A stretch of 63,683 bases of DNA, filler included, from Platydemus manokwari (Eukaryota), in the NCBI GenBank assembly GCA_037951405.1. It is 6 parts of 6 records of this genome, joined end to end, with 100 filler letters (N's around TTAATTAATTAA, not from the genome) between each part and the next. Parts side by side here need not be neighbours in the genome. Positions count along the whole stretch, not along the records: positions 30,144 to 43,965 come from JBBMOY011606963.1; positions 44,066 to 53,642 come from JBBMOY011230209.1; positions 53,743 to 63,683 come from JBBMOY011186544.1; 3 more parts are not named here. The stretch is one strand, 5' to 3'. A program made the position numbers and the translations under genes. Below the pieces are notes generated by a model. The model was not told where the DNA came from, did no database searches, and saw only the letters and a list, made by a program, of their open reading frames with translations. Of the stretch, positions 39,546 to 53,819 are shown one piece after another (position 1 is the first letter of the stretch; each line of letters begins with the position of its first letter).

Positions 39546-42500
39546 AAAGACAAACAAATTTCGACAATCGTCTCCCATAAAGTAAGTAAGCTTTCAAGAC
39601 GATCAATCCAAAATCAATTTAACACAATCTGAATGACGAAATCCATGGAAATCAGAAATATCGATGATAACTAATAGGTTAAGAAGGGCATAATTTAATG
39701 ATTGATAAAATAAATTGATGAGATGGAGAAATGATGGTTATTATAGTAGTGATGAGAATGTTAAAAATGATGAGAGTATTAAAAAAGTGAGGAGGTGGAA
39801 AATAAAATTGGAGACTCGTATAAAACGTTTTAAGAAAATTTCGAGAATAGTTTGGAATACAGTGACGCGTAGCTGCAAACTTTTTAATTTAAGTGGCAAT
39901 GAAAACGAATTATGTCGCAACTTTTGAGGAATAAGGGAATTAATTTTGGATTTATGAAGGTAATGACGGAAATGTTAGATTTTATATCAGTCACTGATAT
40001 AGGAATAGATTTTGAGATTTTTGATGAAAATTGGGTAGGATATTTGAATGAAATGAAGTTAATTTCATATTCGAGAATTCGGGATATTAGAAATCAGATT
40101 GTAGGAGGGGATGCTCCGCTTACAATGAAAGTTAAGCTAGTCAATTTTAATAATTATTCATTATTTCAATTATTCTCAATAAATTATCGATAAATATAAA
40201 TAAATAGTAAATATACACAATTTAATTTTTCGTTAAATAACATTTCAAATATAAATTAATATACATAAAATATCAAATGAAAACAAGACATTTAGAATTG
40301 CAGGATGCCTTAAAGCCTAAAATTTATTAGTCATATTATACAAAACTCGCAATCCAAAATTATCCGAAGTTAGCTCGTACATCAAAATATTTTTGAATCG
40401 TTCACACTAGATGAATTTAACGAAAAAGTAATTATTAATGGTCAGACATATATATATTAGTAAATATTACATGGACTTCCAGATACAGCAAATCAATCAA
40501 TTTTACGAAACTACTATGAACAACCAAAATGTTTTAAGGAAATAGGTATAATAATCGATAGTGAACACTTCAGGAAAAATAAAGCAACTGTGCAGAACGT
40601 TGACGACCAGGAGGTATTACTTTGGGAACAAATAAATGATACAGACAATATGTTCATAATTAGTACATAGGAGGATGTAACGATCGCCAGTAAAATAATA
40701 ACAGAGACGAATGACAATATGGAACACCTTATACAGCAAGGTTCAACAAGCATTCAATAAGAAACTCAGAAGTCAGAAAGGTAGCCGAATCTGTTTATCA
40801 TGCGATCCTTTGACAGAATTCAGAGTATTTGTGACAGTAAAAATCTTAAGGCAGACAGAGAAGGCGTGGTCGTTGATGAGTTAACCATAAAGATATTAAA
40901 CATATTATGCTTTTGTTGATTTTTTTATTCCTGTCATCCGATTGCATCTTTCTATTACTCAGATTTATTATTGGTTTTTAAAGCGGCTTCAATACCATGT
41001 TATTGGAAAATATATTGACTAAATTTTAAGGTGTTGAAAGTTACTCTAACTATGTCAATATTGCTTAATGATGAAAAGGCTGGCAATGACTTTTTTAGTG
41101 ATTCTATAATTATAATATCATCAATCAATAAATGCTTTCTCTATATCTATATTCAGCTAGAACACTAAAGATTAGTTTAAAAATTTATTTAAGAAGCAAA
41201 AATATCAACAATAGTCGAAAATATGACAAAAAAGGTTTATGCAATGTTCAGTGAATCTCGAAAACCATTTGGGGAGAAATCAGTAACCTCAGTTTCTTAG
41301 AAATACATCTATTAAGTCTCAAGTGTTTTTGATACGATAACATTAACTAAGATTTAATTGACTCGTAAATTTAAATAACCTTATTATTTAGTCAATTGGG
41401 TTGGGGTGATTGAGAAGTTAATTTAATATTGCAGCAATCTCAATCGGTTTTCGTCATTACCGAGGTGAACTGAATCCATTTACTAAGTTAAACCAGTTAT
41501 TAAAGCCCTTTAAGAGCCATTAAAATAAATTGAAATATATACCACCCACTAAAATATTTAACACAGAATTGTCGATTAATGAGACATTCAATTTTCTTGA
41601 TTATTTGGTCTGCTCGTCTTCCTCCACATCCATAGTCAAGGGTTAGGAATTGTGTTTTATATACATTACTGTATGACTCCTACTGTATTGGATAGAATTA
41701 TGTTGGGTAAAAGTATTTACAAAAGGTTGCAATGTATGCTATTGTTTTTTTTACAAAAATGCTAGTGCAATGTGTTTTATTGTTCATTGGATATCCCAAC
41801 AAAGGTGGAGCGAAAAATGGATAAGATTAAAATAGAAGTGACCTATAAACTGTGAATTGTATGTGATTGGATGATTGGACTATGAGAAATGAATTTTATT
41901 CATTTTATAGATAATTACTGGTTTATTACTTTAAGAAATAACAAAGGCAATTTAGTTAAAAACCTTTCGTCAATACTGTAACTGTTTTGGTTATTAAAGT
42001 CTCAAATTTAATTAAATGAACTGTTATTATTAGAAATTAGGCCTCTTACAAAACCAGACATATGTTAAGCAGTCCTAGACTATCTTAATAAGACAAAAAT
42101 CAATTGAGAATTATTAAGTGAATTAATAATATCTCCATATTGTTAAAGATTGTAGGTATTTCATAAAGATAGAACTTCGCTGGTGTTTAAATAATAAATG
42201 TGCAATTTGTAAAAAGCTATTGGTCAACAAGTAGAATATAATCAGAAGGATTTATAATATAGTTTATAATAAGGCTTTATGATAACTATTATTTTACAAT
42301 CTTCAACTTATTTTGACTCCAGACAAATAAGGAGGTTGTTGCGTTTTCGTTCGGGTATAATAAAAATAATATTTAAAATATAAATAATAAAAGCAAATAA
42401 AATATGTTAATCAATAAATTATTTAACCAACAATTAATTTTAATTAACTTCAAGGTAATTACAATCTATTTTAGATACAAAAGAACCCTCTAGCAAAAGT

Positions 42501-45500
42501 ATGTGGCGTGCCGCTTAGGTGAAATGGCAAGCTTCTCTTTAAAAAGAAAGTGGGGAGCTGATAAGTGTGCCTAGATGATTTTAGAGGACCACAAGACTAA
42601 GACCTGCGGTGGGTCGAGATTTAATTATAACAAAAATTTTATCCATCGGATTCTGGAACAATAAATAGTAATCAAAAAATGTCTTCTGTAAGACGGGATG
42701 GAATAAAACTTCTTCGAAATGTATAGTATAATAAAATTTTAGTGATAAGTTTTTGCGCTCGTCAATATTGTGCCTGTCGATGATCTGCGAAAAAATGATT
42801 GTTGCTGCAGGCTTATGTACTGTTTTGGTAAGTTAGTATGACTCGTGCACCTTGTTGCTATTTTTGGTAACATTCTACGCTTAGTAGCATGTGTTACTAA
42901 TTTTGGGATACACTATTTTAAGTTTGAGTGACTATTTTTAGTAATTATTTTCATTTTTCATTCATTGTAAGTTCTCATTTTAGATTTTATTATTAGTATC
43001 TATTGGCCTTGGTGTTCATTAATTTTAATGTGATTAAAACATTTTTAAAGTTTATTAATAGTTTTAAAAAAAATTTTACATTAATATTTCTAGATGTTTT
43101 ATAATTTGGTTTGGTTTAAATAAACCGATTGGTTCCCCACAATATTATGACTATTGATAATGATTTTAGATGAATTTACATATATTACGACACAAAAAAT
43201 AATTAATGAATGACAAGCAATTGTTTTTTGTCGTATTTTTAAATAAACCTCACATAGTTGATAATTCAGAACATAACCCATGGAATGACATATTTTCTTT
43301 CCTTAATAGCTAAATATTTCCTGTTTCGTTCATAATGAAAGTTTAGAGCAATTTATAATTTTAACAAAACTGAGTACTTTGAAATAACATCAACTTATCT
43401 TAAATGTATTAAGTTTATATAAAGTCGTAAGGATTCCATGCTTTGTGATAATATAATGGTATTTATTATCATCTTACAGTTTATTTGATTTCTTTGAAAT
43501 AAATAGCTTACAATTATTAGCTATCACTTACAATTATGTTGGATAGCGTATGTTATTTATTCAATCGCATTAGCAAATACGACAATTATTTGAAATAAAA
43601 CTTTTCAATTTACAAAAAATGAGTAAGGGTTTTGCAGTGAATACAAGGCTTCGTGTCTTTCAATTAGGTTTAAACATGGATTTTAAAAATATGAAATGCT
43701 TGTTCAAACGTTTCTTCTAAATTCGTTAACCAATTGTTTCCCAAACTGTTCAGATGTCTCAATTTTTTGTCTTTGTCAATCAAATATAAGTTTACCTCTG
43801 TGTGCCACTGTGACAAGAGCTCATTCTATATCAAAGTTCGAATCTGTTTAATCTTATTTTGTTACTCTTTAAGTTTTGTTTTAAGTTGTTTTTAAATTAT
43901 TATCATTGATGTTGGTTCTATCGACAATTTTTAATGTAAAAATGGTACGTACGTTGGCACTTCAGNNNNNNNNNNNNNNNNNNNNNNNNNNNNNNNNNNN
44001 NNNNNNNNNTTAATTAATTAANNNNNNNNNNNNNNNNNNNNNNNNNNNNNNNNNNNNNNNNNNNNCCATATTATTTTGGATTTAATTCACAATATACTTT
44101 ATTTATATTAATTGCATATAAATAATATACAGAATTTACATTAAATATTTATTATTATTTCATGCAAAATACTTTTATACACTGATGTACAACTATTTCA
44201 AATCGATAATAGCCTAAACAGTCAGCATGTTTTAATCGATATCGACCTTACAGAATTTTTAATAATCAAGCTCTTGAGTGACTAATGTTTCAAAAAGAAA
44301 AATGTTTCACCTCTAAAAATTTTTAACAAAAAAATTAAATATTTTCTGAAATATATCCAGATTCTGTGCGTTTTATTATTCTCTAAGGTAATGATTGGAC
44401 TTCGTTACAAGATAATGGCTACGCTAAATATATTCACTTGTTTTGTTTCCTTAGTCAAGTACATATGTAAATAATTTATGAGCTGATTTAAACATCACCG
44501 GTAAACAATCTAAAAGAAATCATATAATTGAAATGATATCTATGACAGTAGGAATTTATATTAAAAGTAGCTATGAAGAATTATTTCAATCAAAATATAT
44601 TGAATTATATACGGAAAAATTATAATTAATCAGAGGATTAATATGAAGACCAGTTCACCAATCAGCATAAAGAAGATCAAGTAATGGAAATAAAAATACG
44701 AGGAAAAGATAATCGAGCTATCATTCAATAAAAATATATTTCGAATTGACCTAAGCAAAAAAAGAGTTCATGTTTTCTCTCACCATGAATGAACAAAAGA
44801 ACCCTAACTAATCAGCAAATCAACAGTCAAACAAGTGAAGCAAAAGGAATCAATCCTATATACCACGCATGATGTGGATTTAAATTCGGAAGATTCTCCC
44901 ACTATTTCAATAAATCCACCGAAATTAATAATGTGGGCATTAACCAAAATTTCGTTAAAACACCGTGTAATGCCCAAGTCTAATTTTCCTTCCAATATTT
45001 GAAACGTTTCTCGAAGGAAGTTAAATAATACCACATGTTTGGTGTTCAATATAAAAAAATACACTCCAGATGAAAATGCTTTTACAGTTTAAAAATCCCA
45101 ATTTGAAATCGACACCTTTTATACCAAGGAAAAGGAAAGCCACAAGAATACAATGACGAGAGCTCCCAACGTATCCATATTGCAGTATGGACTTAACAGT
45201 AGAGTAGGATGAGGTGATGATTGATTTAACTGATGACAATACAAAGAAAGGAGAAAATAGAAAAACTAAATAAACTCGATTAAAACCCTAACTAGACTTC
45301 ATTTGCATGATTATCGGATGACTATATATTCTGACATCTGTTTTGATTCTTGAGTTTTTGACGATCATTGATTATTCATTAACTGTAACTATCTTATGCA
45401 AACATTTTAACTCACATGGATTATGTAGTTATATTTTTGGTGAGTACGCGTGCAAATATATTATACGAAAATCTTAAAAGTAGGAGTAAAGTTTGTATAA

Positions 45501-45825
45501 TTATTGATGAGCTACGTTGAATTGAAAACATGTCAATGATACAATATTATTAGCATAATAATGAGACATCATTGTAATAGGATCACCATATTTCAAAGGA
45601 AACATTATTATGAGATATTATTATCGAGCCAAACTTATTAAAATCTCATAATGAATCATAAATGTCATACCAGTGTAATTCTCTGAAATATTAATTAATT
45701 ATTTGTGGTCTCAAAATATTTGACAGTTTCTTAAAATAACACTTCCTCGACGTCTTTTTTCCTCCAGAGTTGGGTGGCAATGTTTTCGAAAAACTGGTTG
45801 CTTAATGTCTTCAGGGCATCACATG

Positions 45826-45997
45826 TGTAAGCCGCTACTATTTTATAAAAAACGCATCGAAAACGAACTGAAAAGACTCGACATTCAATTCTATAATAAA
45901 GGAAATTTAATACCAAATTAAATTTAATATAAATTTAAATTCAATATAAATTCAATTCTATACTAATTCAAATTGAATTCAATTTGATTTTCTCACA
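45826..45997 (-). mobile_element. Solo LTR of the same short-LTR family
   Basis: TG...CA termini; shares TGTAAGCCGCTACTATTTT..CGCATCGAAAACGAACTGAAAA with the TRIM LTRs; perfect 5-bp TSD ACATG on both sides. Confidence 0.85.
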
Positions 45998-47999
45998 ACA
46001 TGGATACACAAAGATTCTTAATTTGATTTCATAGCATTCTATTTAATCAAATTGTATATTTATTCAAGAAATTTCCAAGGCTTTGATCGATTATCTTTTA
46101 TTTGATTATACTCCTCCAATCTTCGCTCCGCAACTGCTAACAGTCGAATGTTGGTGGATATCTCAACCATAGCAGCACTTACAACTGATACAACAACAAA
46201 TTCCATCAGTATTACGTGGAATTTAGTGATAATTTTCAGGTTAATTTGAACAATGAAGTATTTGTAGTTGATATTCATAGCAATACAAGCTCTACATAAA
46301 CGCGAAAAAACTTACTTGTTATTTATTTATGAGAAAAAATTAAGGAAAGATTAGAAAATTCATATTTGTCTTATAAATTCCATTGAAAGAGAGATTGATA
46401 TCTTTTAGTAGCTCACACGACTTGGAAAAATTCAACTTTACTCATATATTTTTGTACGTTGAATTTATCAATTGTAAGCCACTAATATTTTTACAAATCC
46501 GCATTAAATCATATTTAATCAAATCATTTAAACAAATCCATATTTTTTTGATACAAAACCTGAATTGAATATTTAAAAATTTAAAATATTAAAATGCTCA
46601 CATAAATTACTTTCTGTCCTCATGACACACCAAGAGACGAAAGAGTAAGTTTCCAGTCATAACAACAACAATTCTATTATTATCCTGTGTTTCCGTAATA
46701 TCGTTAATGAATTATCATCAACACATATCTCATTTCATCCATAAACTGTCATTATAATTAAAACCATAACATGTTATATCGTTTCAAGAATAAAACGTAG
46801 TTCTATTTTATTTGAAGCAACGCTTAACTGAAGTTACAATTTCCGCTGAAGTAAGAATCAAAGGGATAAGCTGATAAACAAAAGCTAATCTGTACTATTA
46901 GTCGCAATTATGAGAAGATTATAGTTGATTGTTAATGAGATTTCGACTTCCTGCTAACAAATTGCTCGATGATTCATAATAATAATTATTTATTATGTTT
47001 GATATTATAATTATAAATGGTCGAGTTTATAAATAATATTTTATATTTAAAGCACGAGTAAAATAATTTATTTTATTTAAAATAAAATTATTTAATTTCA
47101 TCTGAAACAAATTCATGGAACTGTAATCGATTTATTTTTTCATTTTAAATTTGAATTTACTCGGTTTTGTTTTAATAAATGGTTGATTATTCGATAAATA
47201 ATTCTGATTTAATTCGATAGTAATCTAATTATTGATATTCAAACTACTTTCAAGTCTCCAATGTACTTCAACCAATTTGGAAATCTCTTACTTATAATTT
47301 CGTTTAATTCAATTTCCAACAAACTTCAAACAATCGAAGAAAAGGTTCCTTTGTGTATAATCTTTTTTATACTTAAAATATAATTTTTTATATGAATATA
47401 TTTATTGATTTGAGCCCATTTATCAGTGGCATTATTTATTTTCTTAATATTTTCGATTAATCGTTGGCGAGCTGTATATTTATTATTAAATCAATGGTAT
47501 TAATCAACACAGCACATATTGATTAATTTATTGAAAAATCTAATAATTAGCTTATTTTATCAATTAGTACGCGGGAAATGTAAACATGTAGTTATCTGAT
47601 TAATTTTCGCTGATTTGACAGTGTAGGATAGCGATGAGATTTTTCAGATTTATTACCTGTTTTCAGTTCAAGTCATTCTCTGCTATCAGTCAAATCTACT
47701 TGTTTCTCACATGATTGATTTAAAAATAATCGCGTAAAATTAATTTTCGTCCATTATGTCGATTTGAACTCCAATTAATTTTATTGTGCTGGTTTGAGAA
47801 TAATATTCCAAAATTATAAAAACTTGATAATTATTTATATCTTTATGAACAATCGTGTGCTATGAAGCGTGTATTTATTTATTTCAAATAACGTATAAAT
47901 ATATTTCAAACAAATATGTGCACAGAAGTAAGAACAAAGAAGAATGATCGACAAAATAGTTTGCAATAAGATTCTGTCAAATAGTCTAATACCGAAAAG

Positions 48000-48330
48000 A
48001 TCGAATTTATTTCGACAAATTATCTATATTTCGATCCAATAATAATATTGGCGCATACCAGCTTGATCCAAATTAATTCGATGCCACATACAACATTTTT
48101 CAACATAAACACATTTCTGTCCAACACATTCATTTCACTTCAATTATCGAAAGTTTCGCAATTTGTTTCAACCTTTAACATATTCTGTTTCAACATCACT
48201 GATTCAACACCAGTGTTTGTTTTGGTGATCGATAGAGATCTGTAGTTTTTAAAGTCATCTGATTTCTTCAAATCTGAGTCAGATATTTTATACTGGATCA
48301 GTTTCATACTACAAAGTCGTCCTGTTATTT
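48000..48330 (-). mobile_element. Scrambled LINE remnant (APE endonuclease/RT fragments)
   Basis: Minus translation includes IELIWIKLVCANIIIGSKYR (APE-type E..W.KL..IIIG..YR) and NYRSLSIT (NYRPISL). Confidence 0.45.
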
Positions 48331-48510
48331 CTATTTCAGAAACGACATAATTGTTGAGGTTGACCAGAAATCAATAACAATTTGTCCAGAAATTATTGAC
48401 ATAAATCTTGGTGTTGTGTTATTATGATAATTCTTTTATTATTATTTATTGTGGATCGAAATGGGTATAATATGTAAACCAGTTTACGTGCAATCACATT
48501 GGGATAATAA

Positions 48511-49049
48511 TGAGCCGCTACTATTTTTTAAACAACACATTAAAATGAACTGAAAAGACACGACAGGAAATTATAATATGAACAAATTAATTTAATTTTA
48601 TATAAAATTAAATCTTAAAAAAATTTAGTTCCATATAAAATTCTCACATTCCCCTTTAAAATCTTTGATTTTCTTTGTCTTCTTAATTGGCATTGTATTG
48701 AATTTATCTACTTAAACATCTAGAATTATTCTATTTTTTATATAATCTCTAAATTTTATTTATATCTATATCTTCTTTATACCTTCTTTCAATCTTCTTT
48801 ATCTATTCTCTATATAGTCTCAACATCTCTCTCCTCTGTTCCCATAATTTTCAGTCATTGATCATCTCAGAATCGAATCTCGATTCGTGGTCACCATGTA
48901 AGCCGATACTATTTTAGAAACAACACATTGAAAACGAACTGAAAATACGCGACATCAAATTATAATTCAATACAATTATTTAAACAAATTGATATAATTT
49001 TTTATAAAATTAAATTTTTAAAAATCTAATTAATTTTAAAATTCTCACA
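48511..49049 (-). mobile_element. TRIM-like miniature non-autonomous LTR retrotransposon (~540 bp)
   Basis: Minus strand: 5' LTR 49049-48897 (TGTGAGAA...GGCTTACA), PBS TGGTGACCACGAA at 48896-48884, ~250-bp non-coding interior, PPT AAAGGGGAA at 48657-48649, 3' LTR 48648-48511. TSD not cleanly recognisable. Confidence 0.8.
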
Positions 49050-51684
49050 ATAGGAATAATTATTGATACAAAATAGCCACAAATAATGAAAAAATTCATT
49101 TGTATACAAAAGCAAAAATGCTGATTAAAGAAAATGAGATTGATAAAAACAACAATGATAAATATATTAAATTAGATATCGCAAGCAATAATAAAATAAT
49201 TAGGTACAATAAAAATAAAATAAAATATAAAATAATCAACAAGTTATTTGATAAGAGGTGAATTTATAAAATCATATTATGAAATAACCAGCCTATTACT
49301 TAATAATGATTAAGAGCCATTAATCCCGTATTATTGGAAACTATATTATTGAATTGCGAAATAATTCGACTGCATTTGTTCTGAAAATAAAAATCAATAA
49401 TCTATTCTTACTAAAATCACAAGGGAATATATTTTCATATAATTAGCTACACAAAACTCAGATTTTGAAACTCCGAAGCCTCAATTCTATTTTGATCCGA
49501 TAAATAAGTTTCGAATTCGTCAAGTGTGATTCTCGTGAAGTTTAGATGCTATTGATTTAAAGGAAGTCTGGTATATTATTCTCAACGATCAACCATAATT
49601 ACTTTGAGGTTATAAGTAAGCGAATAATTGGCGTAAAATTATTCGCATCTATATTCGTTCGCATATATCCTATAGAGGTAATCTCAACAATCTTGAAAAT
49701 CATTTTTGCTCCAATAGAGTGAAGGAGTCCTATCAACCACTTCGGGTAACTAATCTTTACTCGTCTGTTATTTTATCCGTTTATCCAGTAGTTAAAATCA
49801 TAATTTGTTATATTAATAAATTCCATTTAAGCAAAAAGCTGACGTTCTCAATCGAGCCAAGAGGTAATAAGGATCATTTTATTAATGACGATGATAAATC
49901 AAATCGTTGTCATTTCACCAGCTTCTACTGTTAGATGTGTAGTTGATTTTAAAGGGTTTCATATGAACGGTGATTAGTGCCGCTAACCTAGACTTCGATC
50001 TAGAGTTCAGTTAATAAAGACAAAGAAGAACTGAAATATAAATTAAATAACTACCCGAGGGTCATCAGAATCACGAAGATTGATACGATACTGGCATGGT
50101 CAGATAGTTTAAACAATAAGATAAATAACAAAGAAAATAAGAAATCAATAACTCCCCAAAAAGCTGTCCATTTGGCTCATTAGACCAGATAAATTGTCAT
50201 ATAATCAATTTTGAAAATATAAAAACTTCGAAGAAAAATAATCGATTTGAAAATAATATTAAAAATTTTTATTGGTTTTGTTTTTTCAATTTGTTTTAAC
50301 TAATTAAAAAATAAGGTTTGGTAAAAATATTTTTTCAAATAATTATCGTGTAGAAATATGGAATGGAATTTATGAAAATTAGTTTTACAGAATCGGTTTT
50401 GTTTTTAGTTATAGGAGTAATTTAAAAAAAACATTTTACATTCTCGTTGAACGCTGAAAAGCCAGAACTTCATTCATTATCGTAAAACAATGAAATGAAA
50501 AATGGAGACAAAAATGGCTTGCTATAAATAAATTAGTGCGGTCTATCAAAAGAAATTGATCAGGCAATTTGTTACGGTGTATTGAAATATAAATTATAAT
50601 TACTGTTGACAATTATTGCAGAATGACGTCGAAATCGATTTTTATCAGCACGTTGGGAATTTTTCATTTCTACTACGGCAAATGGGGAATTCTTTATTTC
50701 GAAGCTTATTGTAAACGAAAGAGAATCGTGTCAGCATGAAACGAGTTTGATTACAGATATCAATTCAAAGTCATAATGACATGAAAGAGTGACATATAAG
50801 GACAAGATGCGGAAATATCTTTCATCTTTTATAAAAAGAGAAAAACTTGGAAGGAAGATAGGAAAACAATATGTTGGGAACTTAAGTGTTTTATGCATAG
50901 ATAAACGTATTCCCAAGCTGGTTCAAATGTGTGCTCTGAATATTTTTACGAAAAATTAAGATCAACTTTTCAAGAGCTTGATTTGTTTATATTTTGTTTA
51001 CCTTGGCATGTGGGTTCATGGATACGAGAAATTATATCTATTAATAATACTAGCATATGGTCTACTAATAGAGATCTTTGCAATAATTCTTTATCAAAAG
51101 TCCGTGATTTGGAATCTGAGTTATTTCTTGAACTCAAAATCCAATTAAGTTTTTAAATCAATAATTCCTCAATTATGTCAGAATCAGTTAATAATATTTA
51201 ATACTTGATTTTTAAATGCATTCGTCGAGTTGAAAAGAAATGTATTCAAATCCCACCAGTGCATTCTCAATGCCTCTTAGGTGCATTCTGCTCTGATAAC
51301 ATTATTAGAAAAAGATTCTTAATATTTTTTCGAATTGGAAACTACTTCTTACTGACTAATTTGATTGAGCATGAATTGTGACTCCGAAAATGTGATTTTT
51401 TAATTCATTTTTATTAAATAACTGGAACCGTAATAATCCATTTTATTTTAATATTCAGAAATTCAGACTTATTTCATCAACATTATTAAGGGCATCACTT
51501 CAAAGAATGATTTGGAAAATAAATTATTATAATTTTATTCATAACTGTTCTCTATTTGGTTGCGATTTACATGCTCAATGAAAATTGTAATAAATTCCCT
51601 TAGGCGCTTATTTCAAATCGCCTCATAATGTTGTATCGATATTGAAAGTTAGAGTGGAATCTGATTTTACCAAGTAGTAAGAAC

Positions 51685-52160
51685 GATCAGTATTTGACAA
51701 CCAACTCAGAAATTATTTTTGTTCTTATTTTAGGATATTTTGTACCGATTTCAGGGTTTTATGCACCAAATATGATAAATTATGAATTGATTTTTTTATT
51801 TTAAATTTAACAAAATTATTGTTTTTGTTTATTAGATTATTTATTGATTGAATTTATTTATTTACTTTAATTATTTATTTATTTATCGAATCTAATAATT
51901 TTTATTGATTAAATTTATTTTCTTCTTTATCACGTTTAACATAATTTAAAATTTTAAATACATTTTTTAATTTTATTTATTGATTTTGAATTCATTTATT
52001 TATTTTCGCAATCAGATTGATTTTTTATTGAAAAATACATCAGTTTTACTTTTGTATTCCCAATTTGAGATTTGGTGCCAAAAAGCCGTGAAATTGGCAC
52101 AAAATACCCCAAAATCAGAAAAGCCTTTTTAATTTCAGAGTTGGTTGTCTAGCGCGGGTC
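51685..52160. mobile_element. MITE-like element with ~90-bp imperfect terminal inverted repeats and AT-rich core
   Basis: Left GACAACCAACTCAGAAATTA..TATTTTGTACCGATTTCAGGGTTTTATGCACCAAAT is the imperfect reverse complement of right ATTTGGTGCCAAAAAGCCGTGAAATTGGCACAAAATA..TAATTTCAGAGTTGGTTGTC. No ORF. Confidence 0.7.
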
Positions 52161-53214
52161 TAGTTAATAGGAAGTTATCAATAAATAATGTCAATTAAAT
52201 CAATATGAAAATTTTATTTCATTTATTTTATAACATTATAACCAATACAATGGCATATCCTCTAATCAGATCCTAGTCTCGTATTGGATGTCATCTGAAA
52301 TGGCCATTAGTTAATAAGTCTCTACTGGGTTTCGTTATCATACCATGTCAAATCATGAAAAATTTATCAGATAACTTCATGTTTACATTTGTCATGTCAC
52401 GATTTAGCAATTAATATTTTTGTTGATTAAAATCGATTATTTTCCTGGTATGGTTGTCGTGGTTTCTCATAAATTACTTCATTATTAAATGATTAACGGA
52501 TATATGATGGTTATATGTTTCCATGGAAATCGATTTTATTGATTGTTATGGATTTTAGATGGATAAAACTATTGATATTCCGGGATAATTATTGGAAATA
52601 ATGAGCTTTCATTTAACAAACCCGGAAATGGAAGAAAGAAAAAGATGTGAAATATTCAAACACAAATAATGTTTTTTGTATAAAATGACAAAGTAAAATT
52701 AATCTATCGCGCACGAAATGTTGGCGCGCATTTAAATAATTTTGGAATATAATGTCCCAATTTTTATTAACTGTTCTCAAATAATTAACAGTTAATGGGG
52801 AAAGTGTGTCAATATGAACTGTTTTATTAACGAACATAGACAGTCCCCGCTTCAATTATTCAACTCCTGAGCTCTAGTTTGAGTTCCAGATTTTAATCAA
52901 TTAAATCTGGCTCTATGACATATCACAGATTTCAAACATGGATTAAAACTTCTATTAAATGGGATTATTCTGGTGGAGTCTATTTTGAGCCAGAGCTGTA
53001 GCGAATAAGTCGACTTCGAGTCGTTTAAATACAAACATGGTTTGGAATTCGATATAAATCCTAGTTTGAGCAATTCCGGTTATTAGCTGATATGATTTTT
53101 GAAATATCTGGTTAATTAGGTTTTAGAAATTTTATACTATAATTTTAAACTTTAATTTTATTTTAAGATAAATATTATTGATTTTATCTTCAATAAAATG
53201 TGAAAAATATAAAT

Positions 53215-53642
53215 TGTAAGCCGCTACTAATTTATGAAACACGCATCGAAAACGAACTGAAAATCACAACATCAGAATATATTTAAATGCAATGATTTAA
53301 ACAAATTACATTTTATATCAAATAAAAATTTATTAAAAATTAAATCGTTAAAATTTTTAATTCAATTGCAAATGCCCTCCAGCTCCATTTCTTTAAAATC
53401 TTTGACTTTCTTTTTATTCTTTTTATCTGCATTTTGATTTCGCGTTTAGGTCGACACGCAACATTTGATCCAGTAATACAATAATCCTCAGCGGGTCATC
53501 AGGAAACGATTATCTGCCCATGCAAAGTTCCATGGAGTTATTCCGCCTGAACACAATCTACGAAAAATTCTCAAGGTTCATACATAATGAGAGTTTAACT
53601 GGGGTGTTCTGTTCCTTGAAATAAATAGACCAGTACTGGAAT
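53215..53642 (-). mobile_element. 3' LTR plus 3' internal end of a longer element of the same LTR family, cut by a scaffold gap
   Basis: LTR TGTAAGCCGCTACTAATTTATGAAACACGCATCGAAAACGAACTGAAAA. The adjacent CTTTAAAATCTTTGACTTTCTTT is homologous to the TRIM pre-PPT segment. Minus-strand RPKREIKM resembles the basic tail of gypsy integrases. Confidence 0.7.
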
Positions 53643-53777
53643 NNNNNNNNNNNNNNNNNNNNNNNNNNNNNNNNNNNNNNNNNNNNTTAATTAATTAANN
53701 NNNNNNNNNNNNNNNNNNNNNNNNNNNNNNNNNNNNNNNNNNTAATAATAATAATGATAATAATAATAATAGTAATG

Positions 53778-53819
<42 letters not shown>

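Noticed and set aside
42505-42575. Hammerhead-ribozyme-like GAAA...stem...CTGATAAG
   Set aside because: Core deviates from CUGAUGA, and no stem III or NUH cleavage triplet can be formed.
46060-46290. 72-aa ORF and an overlapping Cys-rich frame
   Set aside because: No recognisable domain, and the Cys-rich frame has several stops; probably TE debris.
10022-53742. Recurrent palindrome TTAATTAATTAA at roughly 10-kb spacing
   Set aside because: Always centred in N44..N44; it is an assembly linker with six-frame stops, not biology.
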